64,000 nt of DNA, from positions 10,416,001 through 10,480,000 of the forward strand of contig JBHGNT010000012.1 in assembly GCA_043228905.1 (NCBI GenBank), given 5' to 3'. This DNA is from Azolla caroliniana. Taxonomy: Eukaryota; Plantae; Polypodiophyta. The translations under genes and the position numbers were made by a program. The notes under the pieces were generated by a model. It searched no databases. It was not told the DNA's origin and saw nothing but the letters and a program-made list of their open reading frames with translations. Of this stretch, positions 1 to 13,623 are shown piece after piece; position 1 is the stretch's first letter, and every line of letters begins with the position of its first letter.

Positions 1-1053
1 GAGAGACATCTAGAGCGAAGTCATCTTTCTGGCCCGAAGTGCTAGAAATCTCCGAGAAAACCGATTCTGATGAAATCCGTACCACCGCAGAAGGCATCCG
101 AGAAGCTACAAGATGGGAGTGCCCCGTAGATAAGAATAGCATATATGCCTTATGTCAATTACATGAGGTGTATGTAGATGTGAAGCGATGACGCACGAAT
201 GATGCGGTCGGACCATCAAAGAAGGGAGAAAGCTGGAATTCCGAAGGGAAAGGAAAAGGAAAAATGACTCTGACATTCAGACTCCCTTGGACATCAAACA
301 ACAGATGGACTTAAAGAAGGTGTTCGAAGAGAGAATCCTTGATAGTTGGGTGGAATTCTCCTTCCAAGAATTGCTCGGAATAGCGAAGAAAGAGTTCCAT
401 AACCTCCTTGTGGATCTCGTGAAAAGAAAGAGACAAGCTACGGAAGAATCAAATGCTCCAAGGGTGAATGCAAATATCATTCTAATGAACGATACGGAAG
501 TAGAGGATGAGATACTGAACTCCCACTACACAAAGCCACAGTGGGCACGAGCAACTATTGGCACCGGATGATGCAGGCTCGGTGAGGAGTGCTCACCGGA
601 TGAAGGGACATATTCGTAAATATGTTTCTGAGAGTCCATTGGGGCTATATTTGTAAATAGCCGAAAATTCATATTAGTATAAATATGACTTGGGGAAAAC
701 TTAGTAAATAGAGTTGTTGTCATTCTTGTTGGTGCAAGAACAGAGCGTGTAACTATGTACAGAGAGAGAGAGAGAGAAAGAGGTCGTTGCCTCTGTTGTA
801 ACCGTCGCCTATGGCGAAGATAACAAGCTCGAGGTCGTTGCCTCAGTGCTTTACCATTGCACATTGTGATATAGTGATAGTTTGCAGCCTGTGGGCTGCG
901 GTGGTTTTTCCCTACTTTGGGTTTTCCACGTTAACATCCCGTGTACTCTTCTCTCCGTTGTGTCGTGCTTTTCATTTCCCCTTTTCTGTGTATGATTCTA
1001 AGCTCGGTTGTGGCTGAGCGTTGCGCATAGGGAGCGTGCAGTTCCTGTCAAAG

Positions 1054-1065
1054 TGGTATCAGAGC
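1054..1065 (+). promoter_or_regulatory. Primer-binding site (initiator tRNA-Met) of copia K
   Basis: TGGTATCAGAGC 3 nt after the LTR end; canonical iMet PBS. Confidence 0.9.
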
Positions 1066-1080
1066 GAAACGACACAGAAA

Positions 1081-4000
1081 ATGGACGATTCGTTGGGAGG
1101 CATGTTCAAGCTCACCGGCTCCAACTATTCGGTGTGGAAGTCGAAGATGAGGGACATGCTCGTGGTTAAAGATTTTTGGTTGCCGGTTCAGTTCGGGGAC
1201 AAGAGACCAGACAAAATCGACGCCACGATATGGGACGTGATGCACATGAAGACAACGGCGTACATACGGTGCTTCATCGACATGAGCCTATACAACAACT
1301 TCAATGAAGAGAGCAAGGCTCATGAGCTCTAGGAGAAGATCGGCATTATGTTTCAAAACAAAAATGTTGTTAATTAGGTTTCGGTATTCCAGAAGCTAGT
1401 AAGACTCCGGTACCAAGATGGCTCCAACATGGCGGAGCACATGAATGCCTTCCAGGGGCTGATCCACCGGGCAACATCATGAGAAGTACGTCTTGCCGAT
1501 GAGGTACTAGCACTACTCCTGCTCGATTCCCTCCCAGATAGCTGGGAGACGTTGGTTGTCACCTTGGGCAACGCTGGGCCGGAAGGGAAATGTTTATCCC
1601 TAGCAAGAGTGAAGTCGAGCTTGCTAGATGAGGAGGCGCGTCGGAAAGATAAGGATACGAGCTCCGACCCCAAAGCGCTCCTTACCGAATCGGAACGCGG
1701 AAGACAAAGAAACCGTAGTCCCCAGAACCGGGAAAAGTCGGGGACACGGTCAAAGTCAAGGGGGAGGCCTACTTGCTTCTATTGCGGCAAGCTAGGACAC
1801 TTCCAGAAGAACTGTCGGCATTTCCGAAAAGACAAGGAAACCAACGGTACCGATTCGAAGCGGACACCGGACCGGAACGGTAGAGACAGGAGGGGGCCGG
1901 ACCGGAAGGGAACGACAGCAATCGCGGCAAGTGAAGAAGAGTTGATGCTCATCACCGGGGAGAGTGAGCTAAACCTTGCCGGCGGCGAGATGACCTGGGT
2001 GGTCGACTCCGGAGCATCGTTCCACCTTACTCCGGACCGGAAATACTTCTCATCCTACTCAGCCAGTGATCACGGATGTGTCCGGATGGGGAATGAAGGT
2101 ACATGCCGAATTGTCAGCATAGGAGACGTGTGGCTGGCAACACCAACCGAATGCAAGCTGGTGCTGAAGGATGTCCGACACGTTCCGGAGGTTCATCTGA
2201 ACCTAATATCAGCCGGTCGGCTAGATGATGAAGGCTACACGGGTAGCATCCGGAACGGTGTTATGAAGTTCAGCAAAGGGAGCCTGATTGTGGCTCGGGC
2301 CCAGAAGGTAAACACGTTGTACCTGATGAATGCCCGGTTATGTCCGGAGGAAGTGAACATGGCATCCGACACCGCCGGTGAGCTGTGGCACAAAAGGTTG
2401 TGTCACATGAGTGAGAAGGGGATGAAGAGGCTTGCAGATGACAACCTCATTCCAGTGAAGAACGTGCACTTGGAGAAGTGCATTGATTGTCTGGACGGTA
2501 AGCAAAACCAGACCTCCTTCCGACCAAGGCCACCGATGAGACGTAATGCACCACTGGAGTTGGTGCATACTGATGTGTGTCAAGTGGACATGAAGTCACA
2601 TGCAGGATCACATTACTTCGCGACGTTCATAGATGACCACATCTGGAAGTTGTGGGCCACACTGTTGAAGACGAACGATCAAGTGCTATCCGTCTTTAAA
2701 GAGCTCCACGCGAGGGTGGAAAGAGAAACCGGCCAGAAGCTGAAGGCGGTTCGAGCAGATAACGGATGTGAATACCGGGGGCAGTTCGAGGAGTACTTTC
2801 ACTCGAAGGGAATCCGGCTCGAATTTACGGTGCCGAAGACGCCGAAACTAAACGGGTTGGCCGAGAGGATGAACCAGACCATAATGGAGAGGGTCCGGAG
2901 TATGCTCGTGCATGCAAAACTACCCAAGAAGTTTTGGGTTGAGGCACTGTCAACGGCGACATATGTGATAAACAGATCACCCTCAGTACCCTTGGACGGA
3001 GACACGCCACAGAGAGTATGGACCGGTAAGGAAGTATCCTACCGGCATCTAAAGGTATTCGGTATGTGCATGTAGCTAAGGACCGGAGAGGAAAACTAGA
3101 TCCGAAGACCCGGTCATGCATATTCCTCGGTTACGGTGAGGATGAGTTCGGCTACCGAGTGTGGGACCTGGTCGACAAGAAGGTATTCCGGAGTCGAGAT
3201 ATTATCTTCATGGAGGACAAGACACTCGCCGACTGGGAGTTGGAGAAGAAGATAATGAACTCCGAGTCGACCGGTAAGGATTGATTCTACGAGGAGCAGA
3301 CCCAACTGGCAAGAGACTGGTTAGCACTCGAGGAACCAGCCAGTTACGGTGAGGATACCGAACCGGCAGAAGAAGAAGTAGAGGAAGCTGAAATCGGAAC
3401 CGGCCAAGACCCCGAATCGGATTCGGAAGAGCGAATGGAGGGCCCAGTTACCGAAGCCCAAAGACGAAGATATCCTCTCAGAGAGAGAAGGGCCCCCCGG
3501 AGATTTCCGGATGCAGAGCATGTGCTGCTAACCAATGAGGGGGAGCCAGAAAGCTTCGTAGAGGCAAAGGATGACACCCACATCCGCAAATGGTTAAGTG
3601 CCATGCTGGATGAGATGGATTCCCTCCATGAGAACCATACGTACGAATTGGTGGAGTTGTCTAAAGGAAAGTGGGCACTCCGAAACAAGTGGGTGTACAA
3701 GTTGAAACCGGGAGATGCCGACAACCCCCCGAGATACAAAGCCAGGATCGTGGTGAAGGGGTTCCAGTAGAAGAAGGGCGTGGACTTCGACGAGATATTT
3801 GCCCCGGTAGTAAAGATGACCTCCATCCATATGGTGCTGAGTATAGCGGCAAGCATGGACCTCGAGGTACAGCAACTAGACGTGAAGACGACATTCCTTC
3901 ACGGTGACCTCGAAGAGGAGATCTACATGCAGCAACCAGAAGGATTCGTGGAGAAAGGGAAGGAGCACCTGGTATGCCAGTTGAAGAAGAGCCTGTACGA

Positions 4001-5113
4001 ACTGAAGCAGGCTCCCCGACAATGGTACCGGAAGTTCGACTCCTTCATGACTGATCAAGGGTACCACAAGACACAGGCTGACTACTGTGTTTGTGAAGAA
4101 GTTCGACGGAGGCGACTTCCTGATACTCCTTCTGTATGTGGATGACATGTTGATCGTCGGACGGGACCAAGCCAAAATACGGATGCTGAAGAAGGCTCTC
4201 AACCGGACCTTCTCAATGAAAGACTTGGGTTCGGCAAGACAGATGCTGGGGATGCATATTATTCGGAACTGGTCAATGAAGCAATTGTGGCTGTCACAGG
4301 AGAAGTACATGACAAAGGTGCTTCAGCGGTTCAACATGTCAGATGCCAAACCGGTCGGATGGACACTTCCAGCAAACTGCAGGTTATTCGGTAAGCAAAG
4401 CCCGAAGACAAAAGCAGAGAAGGCGGATATGATGAAGGTTCCATATGCCTCTGCCGTCGGGAGCTTAATGTACGCAATGGTGTGTACCCGACCGGATATA
4501 GGATACGCAGTTGGAGTGGTGAGCCGGTTTATGAGCAATCCCGGCAAGGAGCACTGGAACACAGTCAAATGGATACTCCGGTACTTGAAGGGCACTTCAA
4601 ATATGTATCTCCGATTCGGCTCTGGAAAACCTCAACTTGACGGTTTTACCGATTCGGGCATGTCGGGTGATGTGGATACCAGCCGGTCTACATCCAGGTA
4701 TGTAATGACATATGCAGGGAGAGCTATTTCGTGGCAGTCGAGGCTGTAGAAGACGATTGCGCTGTCAACCACGGAGGCGGAGTACATGGCGGCTGTGGAA
4801 GCCGGCAAGGAAATATTATGGATGAAGGACTTCATCAGAGAGCTCGGTATCCGGCAAGATGAATATCGGCTCTATTGCGACAATCAAAGTGCCATCCACC
4901 TTGCTAAGAATGCGGCCTACCATTCCCGGATGAAGCATATCTAGAGAAGGTATCATTGGATCCGGGAAAGAGTAGATGACTAGGATTTCGCGCTGACGAA
5001 GATCCACACGGCCGAGAACGGGTCAGATATGCTGACCAAAGTACTGATACCTGACAAGCTGGATGCATGCCGGAAGCGGATCGAACTAGTAAGACATCCC
5101 ATGCCGGAGTGAA
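1081..5113 (+). pseudogene. Copia gag-pol polyprotein, disrupted
   Basis: Zn knuckle CFYCGKLGHFQKNC, protease WVVDSGAS, integrase LWHKRLCH...ELVHTDV, RT LLLYVDDMLI, RNaseH. In-frame stops and frameshifts (e.g. 1330, ~3065, 3768, ~4087). Confidence 0.93.
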
Positions 5114-5122
5114 GGGGGAGTT

Positions 5123-5533
5123 TGTTAGGAAATAGGTCCCTCCGGATGGGAAGTGAGAAGCCGGATGGTGAAGACTCGGTGAGAACCGGATGAAGCGTAA
5201 CCGGCAACGGAAGCCCCGGTGAGAACCGGATGAAGAGTACCCGGCAACGAAAGACCCGGTGAGAACCGGATGACGAGTACCAAGCAAGAGCCAGATGGTG
5301 GAGACCCAGTGAGAACTGGATGACGTGTGCCCGGCAAACGCCGGATGATGAAAGCCCGGTGAGGAGTGCTCACCGGATGAAGGGACATATTCGTAAATAT
5401 GTTTCTGAGAGTCCATCGGGGCTATATTTGTAAATAGCCGAAAAGTCATATTAGTATAAATATGACTTAGGGAAAACTTAGTAAATAGAGTTGTTGTCAT
5501 TCTTGTTGGTGCAAGATCAGAGCGCGTAACTGT

Positions 5534-5573
<40 letters not shown>

Positions 5574-5841
5574 GTCGTTGCCTCTGTTGTAATCGCCGCC
5601 TGTGGCGAAGATAACAAGCTCGAGGTCGTTGCCTCGGTGCTTTACCATTGCACATTGTGATATAGCGATAGTTTGCAGCCTGTGAGCTGCGGTGGTTTTT
5701 CCCTACTTTGGGTTTTACACGTTAACATCTCGTGTACACTTCTCTCCATTGTGTCGTGCTTTTCATTTCCCCTTTTCTGTGTATGATTCTAAGCTCGGTT
5801 GTGGCCGAGCATTGCGCATAGGGAGCGTGCAATTCCTGTCA
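5123..5841 (+). repeat. 3' LTR of copia K, with ~39-bp U3 tandem repeats (ggtgagaaccggatga core, ~5160-5380) and a (GA)n tract
   Basis: Starts tgttagg after the PPT and ends ...tgtca. Positions 5341-5841 match 564-1050. Confidence 0.92.
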
Positions 5842-6185
5842 TACAAGACAAAAATACAAGAATTTCTATTACCGGAAACCGAGATTACAAGGTTGCTGAA
5901 GACTGGTGTTGAACCGGAATGGTTCAACACTAAGCAGATCTTCGACTTATATATTGTACATCAGAATGTGCTTGATCACCACTTGGCATACATGTTGTGC
6001 GCCACTTGGCGTACAGGGTGCATGCCATTTGGCGGTCATCTAATGTGTCTAGTGCTCTAGAGTTCTTGAATAATAATAATATGAAAATATATTTATTAAT
6101 GAAAATGAGTTGGTGCAATGGTTGAAGTGTAAGACCATTGTTTGAAGGTCACAAGTTCAAACCTTGATATTCACATTTTGTGACA

Positions 6186-9100
6186 TCATCCCCTCCTTTG
6201 ACGACGAGTTCCATGAGTCATAATGCATGAACTAGGTTTTGGTTTATGGGGATAACGAAGATGAAACTCTTGTATAAGTTCAGAGGCATTAGTGACGTTC
6301 GTTGCAGGTTCCCATGTCTGATCCGCAAGCGTGTATCCCAACCAATCTACTAGATAATATAACTTATTGCAGATGAACTTAGAGTCCAAAATAGCTTCTA
6401 CTTCATATTCAAGTCCTTTAGCAAGTTGAACCGGAGGTGGTGGTGGGAAAACCCGATTTGGAATAGAACTTGATGTCCATGGTTCTAATAATGAAACATG
6501 AAATACTGGATGAAGACGCATATGTGAAGGTAGGTCCAAACGAAATGCAACATCGTTGACTTGATGAGAGATTACAAATGGACCTAGACGTTGGAAATCC
6601 AATTTGGCACTTGGTCGAGTAGTTTTCACATTACGACGCAATAACCAGACACGATCACCAACTTTAAACTTAGGGTCTTCAAGTGAAGAATCTAAGCGAT
6701 GTTTATCCGCCACCTTCTTGTACTTGGCTTGAGCATGAAGCAAATTGTGAGAAAGGTTGGTTTGAATTTCTTGGAGTTTTTCTAGACAATCTTTGACCGT
6801 GGGATTTTTTGAGACTTTTGGACATTCGAGCATCATCCATCGAGGATGATATCCTGTGTTTGCAAAGAACGGAGTGAATCCCATAGAAGAATGGATTGAA
6901 TTATTGTAAGCAAATTCTGCCATATGTAAGAAATCCATCCAATCATCTTGTTGATAGTTGATAAAGCAAGAGAGATATTGTTCTAATGTTTGATTTGTGC
7001 ATTCCGTTTGCCCATCAGTTTGAGGATGGTAGCTTGAAGATAGTTTACGAGAAATTCCAAGGCTCTCAGTGTCCAAAACTTTGCAATAAATTGTGGTCCA
7101 CGATCACTAATGATTTCATCTAGAAGGCCATGGTGCTTGAAAACTTTTCGCATAACAAGACTTGTCAATTCTTGACTAGTAAAAGTTTTTCTACATGGAA
7201 GAAAATGTGCCATTTTCGTAAAGCGATCCACCACTGTAAGAATTGCATCATAGCCTTCGGAAGATGGGAGATCTGTGATGAAATCAATAGAAATGGATTT
7301 CCACGGACCATCTGGAATGGGCAATGGGTGCAACAAACCATATGGCCGATGTCGAGGCATCTTTGATCGACAACATACATCACAAGTAGAAACATAGACT
7401 ATGACAAACTGACGGAACTGAGGCCACCAATAGTTTCGGGTAACTAGGTCTAATGTTTTCAAAACTCCGAAATGTCCAGCTAGCAGTGAATCATGGCAGT
7501 GATGCAAGACTTCAAGTTGAAAAGGTCCATTGGGAATATAAGTAGGGTTGTTTCGAAAAAGCAACCCATCATGCCAACTGAAGTTCCCATAATCCATGCG
7601 AGAAAACTTGGAGCGTGAACAAGAAGCATGATCTGGAACAATGTGATCTAAAATATCTTGTGCAAAATCATTTGAACCAATGCTCGAGCGAATAGAATCG
7701 AGAAATTTTGAATCCAAAGTTGTCTCAGCAACATTTGTCACCATTAATCGTAGACGACTAGGGCTCAAAAGGACTTGTTCTTGATTGTCGTAAGTTGGGT
7801 CCCCCGGTTTTGGTGCAAAATAAGAGCGTCTTGATAAGGCATCAGCTTTACCTTGTTGTGTTCCTGGTCAATATGTTATCACAAAGTTGAACCGTGTTCG
7901 AAATTGTGCCCACCAAGCTTGTCGTCGATTTAGAACTCGAGCATTTTGAAAGTATGTGAGGTTTTTATATCGTTGTAAACAATAATTTGGTGGGGAGAAC
8001 CTTCCAAGAAGTGACGCCATTGTTCGAAAGAATCAACAATTGCCAACAATTCTTTGTCATGGATTTCATAATTGATTTCTACAGGTTCAAACTTTCTTGA
8101 ATGAAATGCAACTGGATGTAATTTCTCATTATCCGCTACTTGCGATAGAACACTTTCTAGTGCAAAATCAGATGCATCTGCTTCTATGATAAACGGCTTT
8201 TTAAGGTCAACATGGACCAAAATGGGAGCGGATGTAAATGCTTGCTTCAAGCTATCAAATGCATCAGCTGCGCTTGATGTCCATACAAATGGTCGGTTCT
8301 TCTATGTTAGTTCCGTGAGGGGCAAAACAACTTTTGAGTAACTCTTGATGAACTTGCGGTAGAAATTCGCAAATCCCAAGAAACATTGCAGATCACGAAC
8401 TGAGCCTAGTGTCTTCCAATCTAGAATTGTTTGTACTTTCTTTGGATCCATAAAAATACCTTCTAGAGAGACCATATACCCTAGAAACTCGACTTGATTG
8501 CGGTCAAAGCAACACTTCTCTAGTTTGGCATAAAGGCCAAATTCCCGTAATCGTTGTAGAACTTGTCGAACATGATTATTATGCTCCTCTTGTGTCTTTG
8601 AGTAGATTAGTATGTCATCCAAGTAAATTATCGTGAAGATATTGAGGAAATCTCGAAAGATATCATTTGCCATATGTTGGAAAACTGATGGAGCATTTGT
8701 AAGGCCGAATGGCATTATTGTGTACTCAAAGTGACTATATCGTGTGCGAAAAGCAGTTTTCCATTCATCACCAGGTCGAATACGAACAAGGTTGTAAGCT
8801 CCTCGTAAGTCTAGCCTTGTGAAGTATTTGGCTCCATTGAGACGTTCCAAGAGATTTGGAATCAATGGTAGAGCATATCGATTTCGAATCATAACCTTGT
8901 TCAAGCCTCAATAGTCTACGACCAAACGTAAAGAGCCATCTTTCTTCTTAACAAAAAAAATAGGAGCGCCAGCAGGAGATCGGGAATGTCGAATAAAGCC
9001 ATTTGCAAGATTCTCATCAATATATTCTCGAAGAACTTTCAATTCTGACGGCGAAAGGTTATAAATTGGTCCCCATGGTGGTTCCTTCTCAGCATGCAAA

Positions 9101-9814
9101 TCAATGGGACAATCATATGGGTGATGATCAGGAAGTGTTGTGGCCTTTACCTTATCAAACACATCGGAAAATTCTTGAAAAATGGACCTCTGAATCTTGT
9201 GGGTTTGAGAATGGGGTTATGACTACTGCAAACACAAACATATCTTCTATTGTAGCTTCTTTATGTAATCTTTTGAGAGAGATAGTTGATATATGTCTTG
9301 GTGTTAGCTTTGATGTTGATGTGGTGATGAGCCCTAAAGTGTTGTCTCGTGAGTCTATGATTTCCCGCTTCTTCCAATCAATCTTTGGATTATGAAGTTC
9401 AAACCATGGCAACCCAAGAACAATTGGATGTTCGGGACTGCTTGTGATATTAAAAGATATTACAGTAGCTAAATTACCAAGAACTACACGAATAGGCTTT
9501 GATTCTTCAGTAATATCTCCTGATGCAATAGAACGTCCATCAATTACTGCTTCTGATGCTAGACGAGGAAGCTTATAAAGTAGAATTTCTTGTGTTGTGG
9601 CAAAATCCCGATCCATGAAACATGAGTTGGCTCCTGAATCCAATAACGCAAATGCAAGAACTTGATGACATCGTGATGTGCTGAGTTGAACTTGCGCTGT
9701 GAAAACTTCACTGACTCGGTTCGATGAAATGGAACCTAAGCTCAGAACAAGTTCTATATGCTTTGGTTGGTCCAACCAAATGGCTCCGATTTTGGCTGGA
9801 CTTACTCGTTTAAC
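6186..9814 (-). pseudogene. pol (PR-RT-RH-IN-chromodomain) of B, disrupted
   Basis: ORF pieces 9155-9775, 8908-9162, 8302-8904, 7930-8250, 6983-7768 and 6186-7076 carry the expected motifs. Confidence 0.9.
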
Positions 9815-10920
9815 AGCTCATCTAATTGGCTTAGAACATCAAAACTATTGGATTGAGGGTTGTTGACAAGAGTTCTTGGTTTATTGGCTTTGACTGGAGA
9901 ACATGAATCAAAATTCTCAATAGCACTTACTTGATTTAATTGTCTCTTTGGTCGATGTGGATAATGTATTGCTATATGTCCTGGACCACCACAATATAGG
10001 CAAAGTCGATTTGCTCGGCGTCGTTGTTTCTCAGCTTCGGACAAAGGACCTCGATGACGTGTTGCATCAATCTCCATTGGATTAGGTCCATTAAAAGAAT
10101 TAGGATTAGGAACTTGCACTGGTCCTAAAGGTGGTGAGGCTAATGTTGAGGCATATGTTTGCTCAGATCTAAGGCATGTCGACGTTTGTTGGCGCTCAGA
10201 ACGTCTTTCGAACAAACGATTGTCACATCGAACTGCACGGCTAATAGCTTCTGTCAGTGATTTGGGTTCATCATGAAATGTTAAGAGCAAGTCTTTAACA
10301 TCATTACGCAAACCATGCCGAAACAAGTCCATCATCGCTGCTTCATCCCAAGGGATATCACAAGCAAGAAGACGAAAATCAGTTGCGTAAGTTGAGGCTG
10401 GCCGATCTCCTTGGCGCAACCTACGTATCTTGTTTATTGTTGTTCTTACACTATCAGTATCACCAAAAATAGCTTGGAATTCGTTGATAAAGGTATCAAA
10501 GTTTTCTAGCATTGGGGATTTCTTCTCTAGCAATGGTGCAAACCATGCTAGTGCGGTTCCTGTCAATAATGTTCCAACTAACCCCACTCGAGCTGCGTCA
10601 GTTGGATATCGGTTGGGATGCATATGAATTATAAGGCGTACCTGATTTAAGAATCCTCAGAATTGAGACCTTGTACCATCAAATTTTGTTGGTAAAATAA
10701 TTTTGGGTTCTTTCAACAAACTTTGAGAGGTTGAAGCTTGTTGTCAAAGAGATAACACAATAGCTTCAAGTTGTTGGACACGTTTCGAGAGTTCCTCATG
10801 TTGTTGTGCCTTTTCAACGCTCACTTGTTGCAAGTCGCCAAGAAGTTTATGATTCTCTTGTTCCAATGCAACAAGATCTGACAGAATACGCATATACTCT
10901 TGTTTACTGACGGTCTCCAT
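9802..10920 (-). pseudogene. gag of B (capsid plus CLYCGGPGH knuckle), disrupted near the 5' end
   Basis: ORF 9802-10623 plus upstream sequence homologous to the F gag (EPKI.LP.KFDGTRSQF). Confidence 0.88.
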
Positions 10921-13251
10921 TGTGACGGAAAAACTTCACTAGATACTCGAGAAAAAAAAAATGTGGGATTCCGGTTCAAACTGTCGTGACCCAAGCTTCG
11001 AAGACAAGGTTGATTTGGAAGAAAAGAAGATGTTTACAAGACAAAAATACAAGAGTTTCTATTACCGGAAACCGAGATTACAAGGTTGCTGAAGACTGGT
11101 GTTGAACCGGAATGGTTCAACACTAAGCAGATCTTCGACTTATATATATACTGTACATCAGAATGTGCATGATCGCCATTTGGCATACATGTTGTGCGCC
11201 ACTTGGCGTACAGGGTGCATGCCATTTGGCGGTCATCTAATGTGTCTAGTGCTCTAGAGTTCTTGAATAATAATAATATGAAAATGTATTTATTAATGAA
11301 AATGAGTTGGTGCAATGGTTGAAGTGTAAGACCATTGTTTGAAGGTCACAAGTTCAAACCTTGATGTTCACATTTTGTGACAACTATTCCGTGAGATGTT
11401 GGAAAAGCATTTGCATTCACATCAAGAGAGATAGAGTGTGTCAATCCGAAGAAAGTGGAGCCGATGGTGATCTTCACGATTGAACATGTGTCATGGAACC
11501 TGACTTGCTCAAAGACAAGGTGGCAATGAGGATTCTAGAGCCATCAAATCACTCTGGTTCATTCAAGATTTGCAACCGGTGAACAAGGTCATGATTCGGA
11601 ACTTCGGGGTCAGTCCGATAGTGGATGAATTTGCAGAAGCATTTGCTGGACGCGCGATATATTCCAGCGGGTATGACCAATTCCAACTAGCAGTGGAGGG
11701 CCGAGATATCACTACAATGCGGACACTGATAGGACTAGTCCGGATGTGTACGCTACCAAATGGAGCAACGAACTCGGTCGCACATATGATGAATGCGATG
11801 AACAAGGTGCTTCGAGACTGCATCCCGGAGATAACAATGTCGTTCCTAGATGACATTCCAATGAAAGGATGTGCAGTGGAAGAAAAGGATGAGAATATGG
11901 ATGATCAGGGATGTCGTAAGTTCGTAATCGACCATATTCGCGACTGTAAGAAAATGCTATAGAAGTTAGACGATGTGCACTTAACACTCTCCGGAGAGAA
12001 ATCGGCATTCGGACAAGAAGAGATATTGGTAGTCGGGCATCTATGTGGGCCCTATGGTCGAAGACCGTCCCCAGTCAAGATCGATGTGATTCAATCTATG
12101 AAAGAAATATGCAAGTCAATCCAAAGTCCGTAGATTTCTTGGTGCGTGTGCATTTTATCACATATGGATTCTGCACTATGCACACATTGCGGACCCACTC
12201 TATCACTTATTGGGGAAGGGTAAGAAGTTCGAATGGAGACCGAAACATACCAAAGCCATAAAGAAGCTCAAGAAAACATTTCGGAGGGCAAAAGCACTTA
12301 ACAAGCCGAACTATGACCGACCGATCATAGTGACGGTTGATACAAGTCCAACCAGGATCGGATGGGTCATCAACCAAGTCGACTCGGATGGTTCACGATA
12401 CCCGATTCGATTTGGAGCAAAGATTCTCAACGAAAGGCAACATGGATATGCACAAGTTAAAAGAGAATTATGGAGAGTCGTGTCAACAATAAAATCAGAT
12501 CAAGATTATTTGATCGGAACCAAAGTAGTGATCGAAACGGATTGTCTTCCAATACTCGAGATGATGCGATGTTGCACGGTACCGGATGTGGCTATGCTAA
12601 GATGGATTACATATGTAAAGTCACTTAATCGGGAGGTTCGACACATCTCGGGAAAAGACAATGCGGTAGTGGATATGTTATCAAGGGCCTGGTTCGAAGA
12701 TGACATAGTTGAATCAGATAATGAAGAAGTTTCTGAAGACTACTTTACTTCGGAGCACATATGCCATGTGAACGTGATTCGGGAGTTCCGGGAAGACGAA
12801 TACGAGGGAGAAGAAATCGAGGAATCATCGGACAATAAAGAAAAGAGAGCCGAGATCTGAAGGAAGAAACGGGAAGTCCAGAAACGGGATTAATTTGGAG
12901 GGAACCGAAAAGACCAGATGATACACCACTCCGGGTAGTCGGCAGAAAGGAATAACAAAAACAAGTAATATCCGAATTTCATGAATCCAATTGGGCTGGA
13001 CATCGGGGAACATGGGCAACATTTGCAAAGATCAACCAAAAATATTGGTGGAAGAATATGTACAAGGATGTAGCGGAGTTCACCGAAAGCTACGAGAAAT
13101 GTCAAATCTACTCCGGAGTTCAACACTAGAACGAATTACATTCGCCATTCTCACCGACAATCAATTTAAATGGATGGTCAACATCGTGGCCATGCCAACC
13201 GGGATCAGACAAAAAAAGTACTTGGTGGTAGCTCAGGAGGATCTGATGAAC

Positions 13252-13623
13252 TGTAAAGAATACGTGTGCGGAAGCGTATGCGAAACACAGAGTACACAAC
13301 TCGGAGAACGACGGTTTGGTAAAACACAAAAAACGCAGAGATGGAGAGGGAGAGGGAGAGATAGAGACAGAGAGAGCAGACAACTCAATCTATTTCAAAA
13401 TAATGACACTCTGTACATACTTTGTGCTCAATGAGCACCTTTTATACAAGCCCTGACTATCGGGCTGACACAAGTACTGATAGTACTTGACTGCTCATAA
13501 ATGAGCTCCTACACTAACTCCCAAATATATTCCCTCGTGGAATATTTGTTCAATGACCTCCCGGTTTCCGCACCGTTACGGCCTCTTGTTGTGTGCCGGT
13601 TTACGCACCGGTTTACGCACCGG
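13252..13623. repeat. Partial LTR-like segment X inserted in A1 and cut by the T array
   Basis: Begins TG (tgtaaagaat) exactly where A1 integrase homology stops. Has a GA tract and short ccggtttacgca repeats. No partner LTR in the window. Confidence 0.5.

Larger units (their letters stand above)
559..5841 (+). mobile_element. Ty1/copia element K (Tnt1/Tork-like); 5' LTR truncated at its start; inserted into the left LTR of element B
   Basis: LTRs ~564-1050 and 5123-5841 (both end ttcctgtca). PBS tggtatcagagc at 1054-1065, PPT gagtgaagggggag at ~5107-5120. Domain order gag-PR-IN-RT-RH. Confidence 0.95.
5842..11382 (-). mobile_element. Chromoviral Ty3/gypsy element B (Tcn1/Tf1-sushi-like)
   Basis: LTRs 10982-11382 and 5842-6185 (left copy lacks its first ~53 bp). 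PPT revcomp at ~6186-6199. Contains gag, LLDSGA protease, YLDD RT, RNaseH, integrase and a C-terminal chromodomain (YEVEAILDSK...YYLVDWLGY...TWEP). Confidence 0.93.
1..13251 (+). mobile_element. Old, deleted Ty3/gypsy element A1 (same family as A2); gag part 1-558, RT/RNaseH/integrase part 11383-13251; interrupted by B+K and truncated at 13251
   Basis: Translations (DIKQQMDLKKVFEERIL..., QPVNKVMIRN...GATNSVAHMM...FLDD, TVDTSP...) are collinear with the A2 ORFs at 40906-45722, with many stops, frameshifts and deletions. No LTR of it lies in the window. Confidence 0.9.

Noticed and set aside
5160-5380. Regularly spaced repeats that look CRISPR-like (also 39830-39925 and 23845-24230)
   Set aside because: Spacers are related to each other, the repeats lie inside LTRs or pol, the context is eukaryotic and there are no cas genes. 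These are ordinary tandem repeats.
6107-6172. Functional tRNA genes at the A/B-box modules
   Set aside because: Acceptor and anticodon stems cannot be formed convincingly; only the promoter boxes and their spacing are kept.
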